Source of the DNA: Lama glama
Lineage: Eukaryota
Direction of reading: 5' to 3'
Length of the DNA stretch: 64,000 nucleotides
Assembly (NCBI GenBank): GCA_028534125.1
Contig: CM052817.1
Location: 4,094,001 to 4,158,000 of the forward strand
Part shown: piece after piece, positions 52,180-64,000 of the stretch
Position numbering within the stretch: position 1 is the first letter of the stretch
Layout: each line of letters opens with the position of its first letter
The notes under the pieces: model-generated
What the model was told of the DNA's origin: nothing
The model's input: only the letters and a program-made list of their open reading frames with translations
Databases searched by the model: none
Made by a program: the position numbers and the translations under genes

Positions 52180-52760
52180 TTCTTTCTAAAACATAGACTT
52201 TATCTTTTAAAGTAGTTCCAGGTTCACAGTAAAACTGAGCAGAAAGTACAGATATTTCTCACATACCCCCTACCCTCCAACACGAGCGCCTCCTCCACCA
52301 TCAGTGTCCTCGTTACACTTGTTAGATCAAAGAACTGCGTGCTCACATCATCATCACTGAAAGTCCATAGTTTACGTGAGGGTTCACGCTCAGTGTTGTG
52401 CATTCTGTAGGGGTGGACAAACGTATAATGACATGTGTCCACCATTGTAGTATCACACAGAGTTGCTCCACTGCCCTCAAAATCCTGTTCTTCCCCTGAC
52501 CAGTCCCAGTCACCGCTGATCTTTCTACTGTCTCCATAGTTTTGCCTTTTCCAGAATGTCATGTAATTGGAATCATATAATATGGAGCCTGTGTAAGACT
52601 GGCTTCTTCCACTTAGTCATAGGCGTTTAAGGTCCCTCCATGTCTTTTCATGCCTTGATAGCGCATCTCTTTTTGGCATTGAATAGTATCCCATCGTGAG
52701 GATGTACCAGAGTTTATCTATTCATCACCTGCTGAAGGTCATCTTGGCTGCTCCCAAGAG
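52180..52760 (-). mobile_element. Old L1 3' end (L1MB/L1MC-like)
   Basis: tagactttat...ggttcacagtaaaactgagcagaaagtacaga and ttttgccttttccagaatgtcatgtaattggaatcata. Confidence 0.8.
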
Positions 52761-54444
52761 GTGCTGACCTTACATCGGAGAACAGAGCGTGGAGGTCACA
52801 AGGTAAGCCTAGTTCAGGTGACGCATGGACCTCTCTGAGTGGCAGCTCAGCACACCTCTGTACCCAACAGGTTGTTGGGAAGGCCAGTGAGATAGCCTGT
52901 GGGGAAGCGGCCAGCACACAGTGGGACTGGTGGATGCCAGTTTCTTCCACATCACACCAGAAGTCATCATCACTCCTTACAAGCGGTCACTCCACCAAGT
53001 GGCTCATTAAATTCACACAACGACCCCAGGAGGTGGGTATCAGTAGGGAGTCAGGGGCTCTGCGAGGTTGACGGACCTGCCCAAGGTCACACCATGACAT
53101 CGCTTTGCTTTGATTGTCCCCAATCCCTGCCGCAGTGCCACACCATCTACAGACCCCAGATCTGAAACCCAGCAATCTCACCTGGGCAGGGGTTCCTCGT
53201 ATCACTAAAGGCCTCTTTTAAACAAACACCCCCAGCCTGTGGGCTCTGAACTTCCTCCTGTGCCTTCAGTGGGGGGGGGGGGTGGCACCTCCTCCCTCCC
53301 TCCTGAAGTGACTAGCTTTCCGTCCGAGTCCCTGCTGTCATCTTGACAAAACCCAGAGCAGGTGGGAGAGGGAACTTCTTGCTCACTTTAGCAGGAAACA
53401 ATAGAAGAAAACTTAGGCATACAGCACTTAGGGATTGTCAGGAGGGGCAGAACAATTCAAAATCCTTCCCAGAACTTTCCAGACACCCACTTAGCAGCAG
53501 CAGAGTCCCATAGACAGGTGTCGGCGATGTGGAGACTGTCAGAGAAAGCTGGGGGGGTAAGCACTTTTGATATTTCTGGGAGCAGTTTGGACATTTTAGC
53601 AAAAAAGATATTGTTTCTTGACAATTGTTAGAAATATAAATTACCCAGAAAGCTGGCTGCGATCACAGATAATTATTTTCCCTAAGTTTTTGATACAATG
53701 GAAGCTGTCAGACTCTGGTTGCAACTTGCTCTGTGACTTGCCAAAGAACTTCTGAAACAGGAAAGGAGTCTGGGCACGAGGGAGTCTCTGGGTGCTGGAG
53801 ATGGTGACTGTGTGGTCCGTGAAATGTTGCACAAATTCGTTGGGTTGAAATTTTTTTCATGGAGAAGGTAAGTACCGGTGGTTGTCCAGAGTTTAGAGTG
53901 CCTCCGTCCTGCCCGGACGCAGGGACCACAGGCTGCCGTCCTCCAGTACATCTGCCCTTGGTCCCTGAGGATGGTCTGGCTGGACGTCGGCACGTACATT
54001 CTACCTGAAGCGATGCTAGGGCCCAGGATGAGCCCCAACAGGGGCAGCAGAGTTATTGTCAAAAGAAGGTCCAGACATCTCCACGAGGGCCTGTGGAGTC
54101 CAGAGGCAGCCGGGGGGCATCTGGAGAAAGGGTAACATTTGAGCTGGGTCCTAAGAAGGAACAGAGTTTTGCTCTTGGAAGAGGATGGAGAGGGCCTTCC
54201 TGGAGGAAGCTGGGATGGATGCAAAGGTGTGGAGAAGTGACAGAGCAGGGTGGTCGGGATGGAGGTTTGGGCGGATGAGAGCAAAGGTGGTGGGGAGCAG
54301 CTGCCCTGCCGTGAGGCTGGAGAGGGCTGGATGGTGAAGAACGTTGGAAGAGTTTGGAAATTACCCAATAGACAAAGGAATAGCAACCCCACACCCCATG
54401 TCCCAAAGTGGTCCCCTCGGGAGGAGGAAGGCATATTTCATGAG

Positions 54445-54930
54445 AATCAGTTATCTGTTGCTGTATGAGAAACTATGCCCAAACTCAGTGGCTGAAGACA
54501 ACCACTTTACTTTGCCTGTGGTCCTGGGGCAGGAATTTGGGCAGGAGTCAGCTGGGTGGTTCTTTTCCTGCAGGCGGTATCAGCTGGGATCTTTCATTTG
54601 GTGGCCTCCTGCTGGTGGCTGAGCAGGGCTGTAAGGTCCAAGAAGGCTTCATCACATGAAGTGGACCCCGGGCTCCTCCATGTGGCGTGGTGGTCTAGGG
54701 CGGGCTTCCTACATGGCGGCTGCCTTACACGGGGGAGGCTCCACGGGCCGGGGTGGAGATGGGGTGGCAAAAGCAGAAGTTGCATATCCCAAAGGGCCCA
54801 GCCTCAGAAGTTAGCATTTATTTCCACAATAAGTTCACAAGCTGCTGTTCGAAATAAGTCACAGGGGAGCCAGCCCACGCTCAATGTGATGAGTGATGAA
54901 GAATTTGCAGCTGTTTTAAGCCCACCACAG
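54445..54930 (-). mobile_element. Older MaLR LTR (MLT1F-K-like)
   Basis: tcagttatctgttgctgt...cccaaactcagtggct and caggaatttgggcagg..tcagctggg. Confidence 0.6.
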
Positions 54931-55469
54931 CATGGGAGCTCCTAGGAAGTTAAAAAATCAGCCCAATGTCACAGGTCGAGGTAGCGGCCGAGTCAGAACT
55001 CAGGCTCAGGTCCTTGGATCCCGGCCAGGGCTCCTTCCTCATCACAGTCCTCAGAGGCACTTTATCAGAATGGGAAAAAATTTCATGTAAAGAGACAAAT
55101 TGTTGGGATCAGCCTCTGATTTTTCTCCTTTGCCAAGTGTCCAGGGACCTTTTAAAGGCTCTGTTTAACTAAATGAAAAGGACAAGTGGGAAGACTTTGT
55201 CTTTAGAGAAGAAAAAGAAAAAAGCGGGAGTCAGTGTTACTAAGCAACGAATACAAGGCAGAATGATATGAGCAGCACCAGATTAAATAGGGCTTCCCAG
55301 CCTTTGTCAAGGCACAGCTCACAGAGGAAATGGTACTCGTGCCGATTAGAGCGAAGGGATGAGGCTGCTCCTGCAGGTGCTCACTGGCCCCCAGAGGCTC
55401 CAGGCGTCTCAGACAACAATGGATCCTAGGACTGAGGGAGTCACTATTCCAGCACACAGTTACCCACTT

Positions 55470-55620
55470 GCTATCACCAGCACCACCGTGACTATCGCAC
55501 TACCATCTCCATCAACATCCCCGCCACCATCTCCATCCCCATCTCCACCACCATCTACATCACCATTGCCACCATCATCACCATCAGTGCCACCACCACT
55601 TTCAACACTGTTATCATCAA
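55470..55620. repeat. Degenerate (CCA/CAT)n simple repeat
   Basis: ccatctccatcaacatccccgccaccatctccatccccatctccaccaccatc... Confidence 0.75.
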
Positions 55621-56865
55621 CAAGGAAATAAAATAGAAAAACACCTAAGTAACATTTAGGGACATCACCCCTCTTCCTCATCTCTAAGCCAAGACAGTAC
55701 TAGCTAGTATTTACTGAGGACCTACTGTGTGTCATTTCATTTGATCCTCTCAACAACTATGTAAGGCAGGTGCTATTATTCCCCCGGTTTTACAATTGGG
55801 GAAACAGAATCCTTAAGTAACATGTCTAGGGTCACACAGGTCCGGGTGGCAGAGGCAGGACTCATACCCTGCAGCCTGGCTTACTCTCAACCACCCAGAG
55901 CTCTCATCTTGGGACTCTTGTAAGAATCAAATGACATCCCTCTTTTACAGTTGAGGCTCAGAAAGGCTAAAGGACTTGCTCAAGGCGACCAAGCCAAGGG
56001 ACCAAATCTTGTCTTTCCCTCCTGGCTGGGGGCTCTGTGCCCAAGTCCGTCCACCCACCCAAGAGCCAGCTCCTTTTTCGGTCTTCAAAGATCAGCCTGC
56101 TAGATTTTATAGTCTTCAAAGACCGCTGCCTCCCCAGAACACCCAGCTGTCATCATTCAGAGAGGATCGAACCCCTCCTTGCCCTGTTGTGCCCCTGAGT
56201 GTGTGTCTTTATCTACACCTCTCTCTGGAGCTCACATTGTGGTGCTTATCTTGCATGGCTGGATGGAATTAGACCTCTCTGGAGGAAATAAGATCTGTCT
56301 GCATATCTGCCTTCTCTGCATACCTTGGGCCAGGGGAGGATGCACTGAACAGAACTACAGAAGGGCCCTGCAAATTATCAAGTGCGTATAAAACCTTGTG
56401 ATGTTAAACCTTATGATCGGTGAAGCCTGTGGAACAACTGAGCTCTGGGAGAGTGAGCTGAGAGCATCCTTATCAGGAATTGATCACAGCATGTAAAAGA
56501 TATTATGAGAAATCATTGCAGGAACTGCCACATCCAGCCTGGAGAAGAGACGTCTTGTGGAGGCACGAGCATGTCATGGAGCCTTTGCTGTGCCCACTGC
56601 CGGGAGCACCTCCCACCGGCTCTGTTCAGCCACACTGGCCTCCCTTCCATTCTCAGAGGCTATCACACTCGTCCTACCTCAGCGCCCTTGTCCGTGCTGT
56701 TCCCTCTACTCATGGTCCCCTCCCAGCCCACTCTCCATGCATCTGCCCCATGTCCTCCTTCTCCCTGACCATTCTGTCCAAATCCCACTTCTCCCGCCAG
56801 CCCTGCCCGTTCCTGACATCGCTGCAGCCTCTTCTGAGTGTCTCTTGTTTGTTAACTGTATTTTT

Positions 56866-57639
56866 CAATAGAAGTATAGTTGATTTACAATGTCGTGTTA
56901 GTTTCTGGTATACAGCACAGTGATTCAGATATACATATATATTCTTTTCCATATTCTTTATCATTATAGGTTATTATATGCTACTGAATATAGTTTCCTG
57001 TGCTGTACAGCAGGACCTTGTTTATTTTATGTATAATAGTTTGTATCTTCTAATCCCAAACTCCTAAGCCCCTCCCCCTTTTGGTAACTGTAAGTTTGTT
57101 TTCTGTGAGTCTCTTTCTGTTTTGTAAATAAGTTCATTTGTATCATTTTTTAAGATTCTACATATAAGTGATATATTTGTCTTTCTCTGTCCGACTTACT
57201 TCACTTAGTATGATAATCTCTAAGTCCATCCATGTTGCTGCCAATGGCATTATTTCATTCTTTTTCTATGGCCGAGTAATACTCCACTGTATATACACAC
57301 CACATCTTCTTTATCCAGTCATCTGTTGATGGGCATTTAGGTGCTTCCAAGTCTTGGCTGTTGTAAACAGTGCTGCTGTGAACATTGGGGTGCATGCATC
57401 TTTTAGAATTAGAATTTTCTCTGGTATATGCCTAGCAGTGGGATTTCTGGATCATATGGTAAGTCTATTTTTAGTTTTTTAAAGAAATCTCCATACTGTT
57501 CTTTATAGTGACTGCACCAAACTACATTCTCACTTACAGTGTAGGAGGGTTCCCTTTTCTCCACACCCTCTCCAGCATTTGTCATTTGTAGACTTTTTAA
57601 TGATGATCTTTCTGACCAGTGTGAGGTGACACCTCATTG
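56866..57639 (-). mobile_element. 5'-truncated LINE-1 3' end
   Basis: Closely similar to the L1 at 5805-6767 (gtccatccatgttgctgc, gagggttcccttttctccacaccctctccagcattt). TSD ttgttaactgtattttt / ttgttagctgtgttttt at 56849-56865 and 57640-57656. Confidence 0.9.
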
Positions 57640-57734
57640 TTGTTAGCTGTGTTTTTAATCGCCCTTCTTCACTGGCCTGTAAGTAGATTAAGGGTACAAG
57701 CCTTGTTTGTTTCAGTCACCCCACTGTATCCCCT

Positions 57735-58175
57735 CTAACAAAGTATCCCAACTCGGGGGCCTAAAACAACAGACATGTCTCCTCTCACAGGTCTGAAGGA
57801 AAGTCCAAAATCGAGGTGTCAGCTAGGGTGCTCCTTCTCGGGGGCTCAGCAGGAGGATCCATTCCGGGCCACCTCCAGCTTCTGATGGAGGCAGACAGGT
57901 GTCTGTGGCTCGAGGTGGCCTCACCCAGTCTCAGCCTCCATCACCACGTGGCCTTCTCCCTGGGTGTCTCTCTGTTCACTGGGGTTCTCCTCTCTGTGTC
58001 CATATTTCTCCCTTCTTCTAAGAGATATAAATCACTGGATTAGGGCCCATCCTATTCCCAGGATGACCTCAACTCAACTTGATTACATCTGCAAAGACTG
58101 TATTTCCAAATACAGTCTCATTCTGAAGCTCCAAGTGGGCATACATTTGGTGGGGATGCTATTCAGTCCAGAACA
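57735..58175 (-). mobile_element. MaLR LTR (MLT1A/B/C-like)
   Basis: aagtccaaaatcgaggtgtcagc, cactggattagggcccatcc and ttacatctgcaaagac. Confidence 0.7.
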
Positions 58176-58814
58176 CCCACCGCCCCTGGCAACCAGTCCA
58201 TGGTATTTGTTGAATGAATGAACAAATCAATCAATTAAATAACCAAATGACCACAATCTACTGAGGGAGAGTGAGCATGGATGTTCTGGGATGTTCCAGA
58301 GGGCAGGACTCAGGGGAAAAGACAGGGAGGAAGATTTTAACTCAAAAGGAGGAGGGACAAAGGGTGACTGAGAGGGGGCCAGCATACCCCCACATGTCCT
58401 TGTTTCCCTTACCCCCTGGGCTTGGCGGTCAGACCTCGGGTCAGCTCGTGGGGTGAGGTCAGCCGTGTCCCAGGACTGTTGGTCATGGCTGGCTGCCTTG
58501 TCAGTGGGCAAGCTCCAGGTCACTGGGTGCGCTGTGCCTCGTGCCCAGTGGACTTTGTCAGGGATTTGCTGCCAAGGGCTTTATTGAGGGGCTTCACCCA
58601 TCAGATGGACGAACAGAATCTAAGAGCCTTTCTATATTGGTGGCTGCATGATTTATTAATGTCACCACCGAGACTGCAGTGCTGGTCATGTCCAGAGGGT
58701 GGTGCCGGCGCCCCTTCTTCCAGTCCAGTGCATGGTTCCCCGGAGGAGGTGGGGCATGGCCTTTGGTGTCACACTGTGATGATGAGCTGTCCTCCGAAAA
58801 TTTGTACCCTTCCT

Positions 58815-59092
58815 TCTGTAGTGCGGCTGCTTAGCCAGGGACTACATTTTCCAGCTTCCTTTGCTCTATGTGTAGCCATGTGACTACTTCTCACCAATGG
58901 AATGCGTGAGAAATGATGTCGCTACTGGCTCATGGGAGTAAAGAAGCACGTGACTTCTCAGCCCACTCCTCCTCCCACTGCTGGCCAAGAGGGAGGTCCG
59001 TGAGGCCCTGGGGAGGGTGGAGCCACAGGCTTGAAGAAGCTACTGAGATCTGGGGATTATCTGTTACAGCAGCTAGCATTGTCTAACTGACA
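58815..59092 (+). mobile_element. Older MaLR LTR fragment (MLT1-like)
   Basis: gactacattttccagcttcctttgc, ccatgtgact...ccaatggaatg and tctgttacagcagctagc. Confidence 0.55.
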
Positions 59093-60784
59093 CAGAGATG
59101 AACCTCGGATGGCCATCTAGCCTTGGGTGAGTACCTTTCCTTCTCCCAGCCTCAGTTTCCCCATCTGTAACATGGGAGTAATACCTGCTTTCAGAGGTTG
59201 TTGTGAGGAGAGTACACGGTGACGAACCTCGTGTACAGTGATTTGCACAAAAGCCAGTACCTAGTGAGTAACCTTAACCTAAGTGAACCGCCAAACCTAG
59301 TGCCCTTCTCAGGTCACCCAGCAAAGCTTTGTCATTCTGCTCTGGGCCAGATGTGACTGCACATGCCTCCTGGGGGGTTTCCTGGGCAGACTAGGATATT
59401 ACTTGAGTAACTAAACACCTAAAAACACACCAGAAGAAGTACTTACAGTTACTAAAAGGAGACCAGAAAAACAAAGTGCTTGCTGGCCTCTCTCTAGGCC
59501 GTGCTAAGCCACAAGCATCCTCCCCAGACCTCTCCACCAGCAATTCCTAAGTTCCACTCCAGCTCCGCCACTGACTCTGGGCTTTATGGACCTGGGATAT
59601 GGTCACATTCTTTTCTGGATCTCAGTTTCCCCATCTGTGAAATGGTGACATTGGGGCCCCCAGCTCTGTTCCTCTATCATCCCCTCTCCCTGAGCTCAGA
59701 ACCCACTCTATTTGGCAAAGAGATGAATGTGCCATTGCCCTTAAAATGCTGGGTGCTTTAAAACTCCAGGCCTGCCAGACACCCTGAATTCCGGGCCCAG
59801 CCCCCGGTCTCCCATGGCCTTGACAGCCAGGAAGACAGAAGCTTTGAGACTGATTCCATTTCCTTGGCAAATCCGGGGGCCCAAGACAGAAATCTGCAAC
59901 AGGAAGAGACCCACAGCATCCAAGCTCAGGGGACGCTGGGAATCTCATGTCCGCCTGCCTACACTCTATGGTTGGAGATGTGTGGGCTGAGAAGCAACTT
60001 GCCTGAAGCCACCCAATGGCAGTGGGGACAGCCCAAGCACTCAGCACCCCAGCCCTTGGCTCGCTCATCCCAGGAGGCTGGCCCCTACAATAGGGTTTTC
60101 ATGTGAAGACCAGTGCTCAGACCTCTGCTGGTATGACCTTTGCAAATGCAGATTTCTATTAAACCGCCTTTGAGGAGGTGAGCAGAAAGTTCCTGTGTTG
60201 GGGGATGGGTGCAGGAGGATTTAACTCTTGAATGTAACTCTCTGCCCTCTCCTGACAGGTTTTTCTTTTTCCAAGCAAATGGATGGGGTGGTGGGTGGCA
60301 AATCAATTAATCACTGGATTCTGGTGACCTCTAGTGGACTCACTTTTAATAGCAATACTTAGGACTAAATTAAAGGGACAAAGAACTCCCAATTTATCCA
60401 GGGTTGTGACTCTAAAACTCTCACATGCCTACAGATCATCTTGGAATATTATGGAAATGCAGAGTCTGCCTTAGCGGGTCTAGGGGAGTTGAGATACGTG
60501 ACGAGCTCCCAGGTGACGTCGATGCTGCTGGTACTTACACTTCTGAGGAGGGAAGAGATGGGGAACTTAGATTCACCCACCTCTGAGCAGGGAGGTGCTT
60601 CCACGTGCTGCCTCACTACCCTGATGTCAGAAAAAAGGCGCGAGACCCCCAAGGACTCAGCGCTGGGGAGGGCGGGGCGTTCACTGAGGACTGGGCACAG
60701 CCAGCAGCTCCCACACCCACAGTAACATGAGACACTCTGGACAGCACGCTGGAGTTCACACAAGAGTTTTCACCTGCATTTCCA

Positions 60785-61810
60785 TCACTTGGCTGCATAA
60801 GTTGTGGGGCCCAGTGGAAAATAGAAACGTGGGGCCCCTTGTTCCGAAAGCAGGGAAAAAGTGCAGTTTAAAGTCTTAAATATAAAGTGTTTCCCTTAGA
60901 ATATTTTATTACACATACAATATAATGAGGATAACAGTGACACGTGAGTAACAACACACACAAAGTGTGAAATAATGTTTTGGTGTCATAGTTTATATAA
61001 TACAACGAATGGTAGCTCACTGATGTGACAGCTCAGTTGTAGGATTTTCCTGTCTTGCTTTTCTGCAAATTCATTGATTAGATTCACCAAAATTTATCCT
61101 TTTAGCAATTCACTTTCAATTGATATAGTGGAAAGTGACATCAGTTTCTCTTGGCAAACGGAAGAATCACAAGTCATCTTTGATCATTTTTCATTCTGAC
61201 AGGGATCTTTCTGCCGATGCCGCCGTTATTGGAACTGTTATTTTACAGGCTGTGGTGACACTGGGATGCATTTTTGATCAATTATTTTGAAATGCAAACA
61301 TCTAGGACATCTAGAGCTGATGATTCACGCAGAATATTGTTTCCTAAAAAGATTTAACTCTTCATACAAATCAGTTTCATGTATGCCTGCATTTAGTTTT
61401 AGATGTAAATGTACACGATGGTATTTAATGTTTACCATCTGACATTCCCTGTAACTCGTGGAGGTTGTTCAAAAAAGCAAAGGTGGCTTCATGATTTGTT
61501 TATTGTTCAATCACCTGTGTATGCCTCCTGTCACATCTCGAATTACAAGGGAAATTTAATTTTAAAATTGTCTTCCTCTTTAATAATTGGTTCATCATAG
61601 CTTGATATAGAAATCATGCTCTTTTTCCTCAACTGCGACAATCTTTGCATTTACTTCCTATTTCTAAGCCTTTGGATATTTGCAATATTGCAATAGTTTT
61701 CAAAACCGGAGAGTCTAAACTCCCTGAGGAGTTCTCATAACTCCTGGCATCTGTGCTGTAACGTCCACGTGTGTACTTCCATTCTGTAATAGTTTACTGA
61801 CACAGTTTAC
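60785..61810 (-). mobile_element. hAT DNA transposon remnant (Zaphod/Tip100-like) with decayed transposase C-terminus
   Basis: Subterminal ggggcccagtggaaaat...ggggccccttgtt. Minus-strand translation at ~61270-61115 gives PSVTTACKITVPITAASAERSLSE*KMIKDDL*...CQEKLMSLSTISIE, the hAT dimerisation motif with stops and a frameshift. Confidence 0.8.
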
Positions 61811-63309
61811 TGCAAGAGCCCTGGCAGTTCTGACCCCGGCTCTCAGGCCTGATTGTTAACATTTGTGTAGGTGCCCCAGGGACAGCTCCAGGGATGGAGA
61901 GGCTTCCCCAGCCAGCCTCCCACTGTGGTCCAGGCACCGCACACATGGAGTCCTCTCTCCCAGAGCCTCCCACTGCTGCCAGCCTCACCACCAGCAACCT
62001 GGGCCCAGGTCCCAACCCCGGCCACACCTACACAGGACCCCAGTGTCCCAGGCCACGCCACGCACGTGTGTGTGTGGGGGGGGGTTGTATGTGTGTAGCC
62101 CAGGGACCAGGAGTGCTGCGCCCGCACCGTTGTGCACTGCCACCTGGATCCTCCCCTGCACCCCCCCAGGTTTCTTGCCTCCCAGTGCGAAGAGAGGAAA
62201 GAGCTCATAGTCCAGAACTCCAACCTGCTTAGTCATAAATCCTGGTAATTAAACCCAAGGAGCCTGCAGTGAGGATGCCCAAGAAGGGCTTTTTAAACTG
62301 TAGCCATGACTTACTAGGAAATCTTGAAATCATTTTTGTGGACTGTGCCCAGCAGTTTTTAAAACAGGAAACAGTAAAGAAGACAAAGGGTCAGAATGAA
62401 CCCCTGAAGTAGGGGGACTATTGCGCACAGATTTGGTTTTCATTCTATTTGTGTGTGCTGGGTCACACATGAATTCTATTTCTCTCTGTGCCTCCTTGAA
62501 CAAAGGCTGGCTCAGGTAATTATGTTTCAGCTCCGCTGGCCAGGGGGCACTCCCAGGCACACTGCATAAGCGCAGACACCACTCCTGTAGTCTGAGGGCA
62601 AGACGGTCCCATGGTGAGCCCCATCACCCCAAGCAATTTGGTATTTGGTTTCCCTGGGTTACATCCCGCAGAGCCTGGGCCCAAGGCGCCTGGAGGCGCC
62701 TGCCTGGAGAGCCTTGGTGAGCAGACCTGGAGGGAGTCAGATTTCAGTGCTCAGGCGTGGGCTGTGGGGGTCAGGGCGTCTGGAAGGAGGCACCACTGAG
62801 CTCTGAGACCTGGCCTCTCTGCGTCCAGGACCACTCCAACAGCATCCTCCTCCCCATCCCCATTCCACCTGGGACCGTGGCCTGGGGACCTGTACTGCCA
62901 GCTCCCCAGTGGGACATGAGAAACCTACCCAACCTGACCCAAACCCAACCCAGTGTCGGGTGGATGGAGTCACCATAGCAAAGAGGCCTCGCCATGGGGA
63001 CGAGTGTGAGACAGTCACCATGCTTGGCACCTGGCAGGTGTTATTGTCACCACGTGTCCCAGGAAGGATCCTGACAGAGTAGTTGTCAAAGCCAATGGGC
63101 ACATCCATGTCCAGAGCCCCTGCAACACGCAGACCCCATGCAGGGTGCCTTATAAAGTGCAGCTCCTTGGTCCTGGCAGGAATGCCACCAGGTGTTGGCA
63201 TCCCCATTTTACAGAGCAGAAAACTGAGGCTCAGGGAGGAAGTGCCTTGTTCAGGGTCCCACAGCTCCCCCAAAAAACCTGGCTTCTCTTTAGCCGTCCC
63301 TCCCCATCC

Positions 63310-63610
63310 CCCACCCCTCCCCCAGCCCTAGGCAACCACTAATGTGTTTTCTGTCTCTACAGATTTCCCTATTCTGGATATTTCATACAATATGTGAGCC
63401 TTTGTGAGTGGATTTTTAACTTACCATGTTTTCAAGGTTCATCTACATTGCAGCACATATGAGCACCTCATCCCTTTTCATGGCTGAATAATATTCCACT
63501 GCATGGATAGACCACAGTTTATTTACCCATTCATCATCAGTTGATGGACACTTGATTGTTTCCACTTTGGGGCTACCGTGAATAATGCTGTTATGCACAT
63601 TTATAATGAA
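63310..63610 (-). mobile_element. Old L1 3' end (L1MB/ME-like)
   Basis: cccagccctaggcaaccactaat..., cctattctggatatttcata and tggctgaataatattccactg. Confidence 0.75.
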
Positions 63611-64000
63611 AGCAGCTCTTTTGCCCCCTTCCTGTTTGCCCATCGCTATCCCCCTCTAGGCTTAAAAGAACCCAGTTATAGGAATGAGATCACTAAGCAG
63701 CTAAAACTAACTCCTGACCTGTGCTCTCCCAAATGCACACCACACCCTCTCTGACCTGGTGATTCTTTTCCTGGATAAAAAGAATGAAGAATGAAGCAGT
63801 TAAAGAGTAATTAGCTCTCTACCCTCAACAGCCCCCTTAGCAACCCTGCAGGCAGACAGATCACTCGGCCAAGATAGCGTCTGAAGAGAGAGTCCGCCAG
63901 TCTGCACACAGTGGAGAAGGATGCAGAACCCAGCCTCCTGCCTCGATGAGTCACTGAGATTCTTCTTCCCATTTTTCCCTTTTAAAATTGTCATGGCTGA

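Larger units (their letters stand above)
56600..58225. mobile_element. L2 3' segment split by younger L1 and MLT1 insertions
   Basis: L2-like phrases cagccacactggcctccctt, cactgtatccc and the terminal atttgttgaatgaatgaa at ~58205-58222. Confidence 0.55.

Noticed and set aside
53865..53873. Perfect splice donor AAG|GTAAGT on +, suggesting a divergent lncRNA exon
   Set aside because: About one such 9-mer is expected by chance over both strands of 64 kb, and no convincing partner exon was found.

Overview
GC-rich mammalian genomic DNA, most likely from a camelid, judged from a vic-1-type tRNA-Ala-derived SINE at 42446-42547. It holds two convergent genes. On + is the last exon and ~2.5 kb 3' UTR of PPP2R2C (PP2A B55-gamma). 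On - is the complete WFS1 (wolframin) gene: non-coding exon 1 in a CpG-island promoter at ~45.1-45.6 kb plus seven coding exons of 232+83+145+171+81+149+1809 = 2670 nt, giving 889 aa, all with GT-AG junctions. The rest is introns and intergenic DNA with typical eutherian repeats (L1, L2, MIR, MLT1/MLT2, ERV1-type LTR, hAT remnants), several nested with readable target-site duplications. I found no convincing previously undescribed biological system. The best second-look items are an apparent swap of a luminal N-glycosylation sequon in wolframin, a tandem CCAAT/ERSE-like module in the WFS1 promoter, and adjacent miR-200 and Pumilio sites in the PPP2R2C 3' UTR. Repeat subfamily names and human comparisons are from memory, not from database searches.
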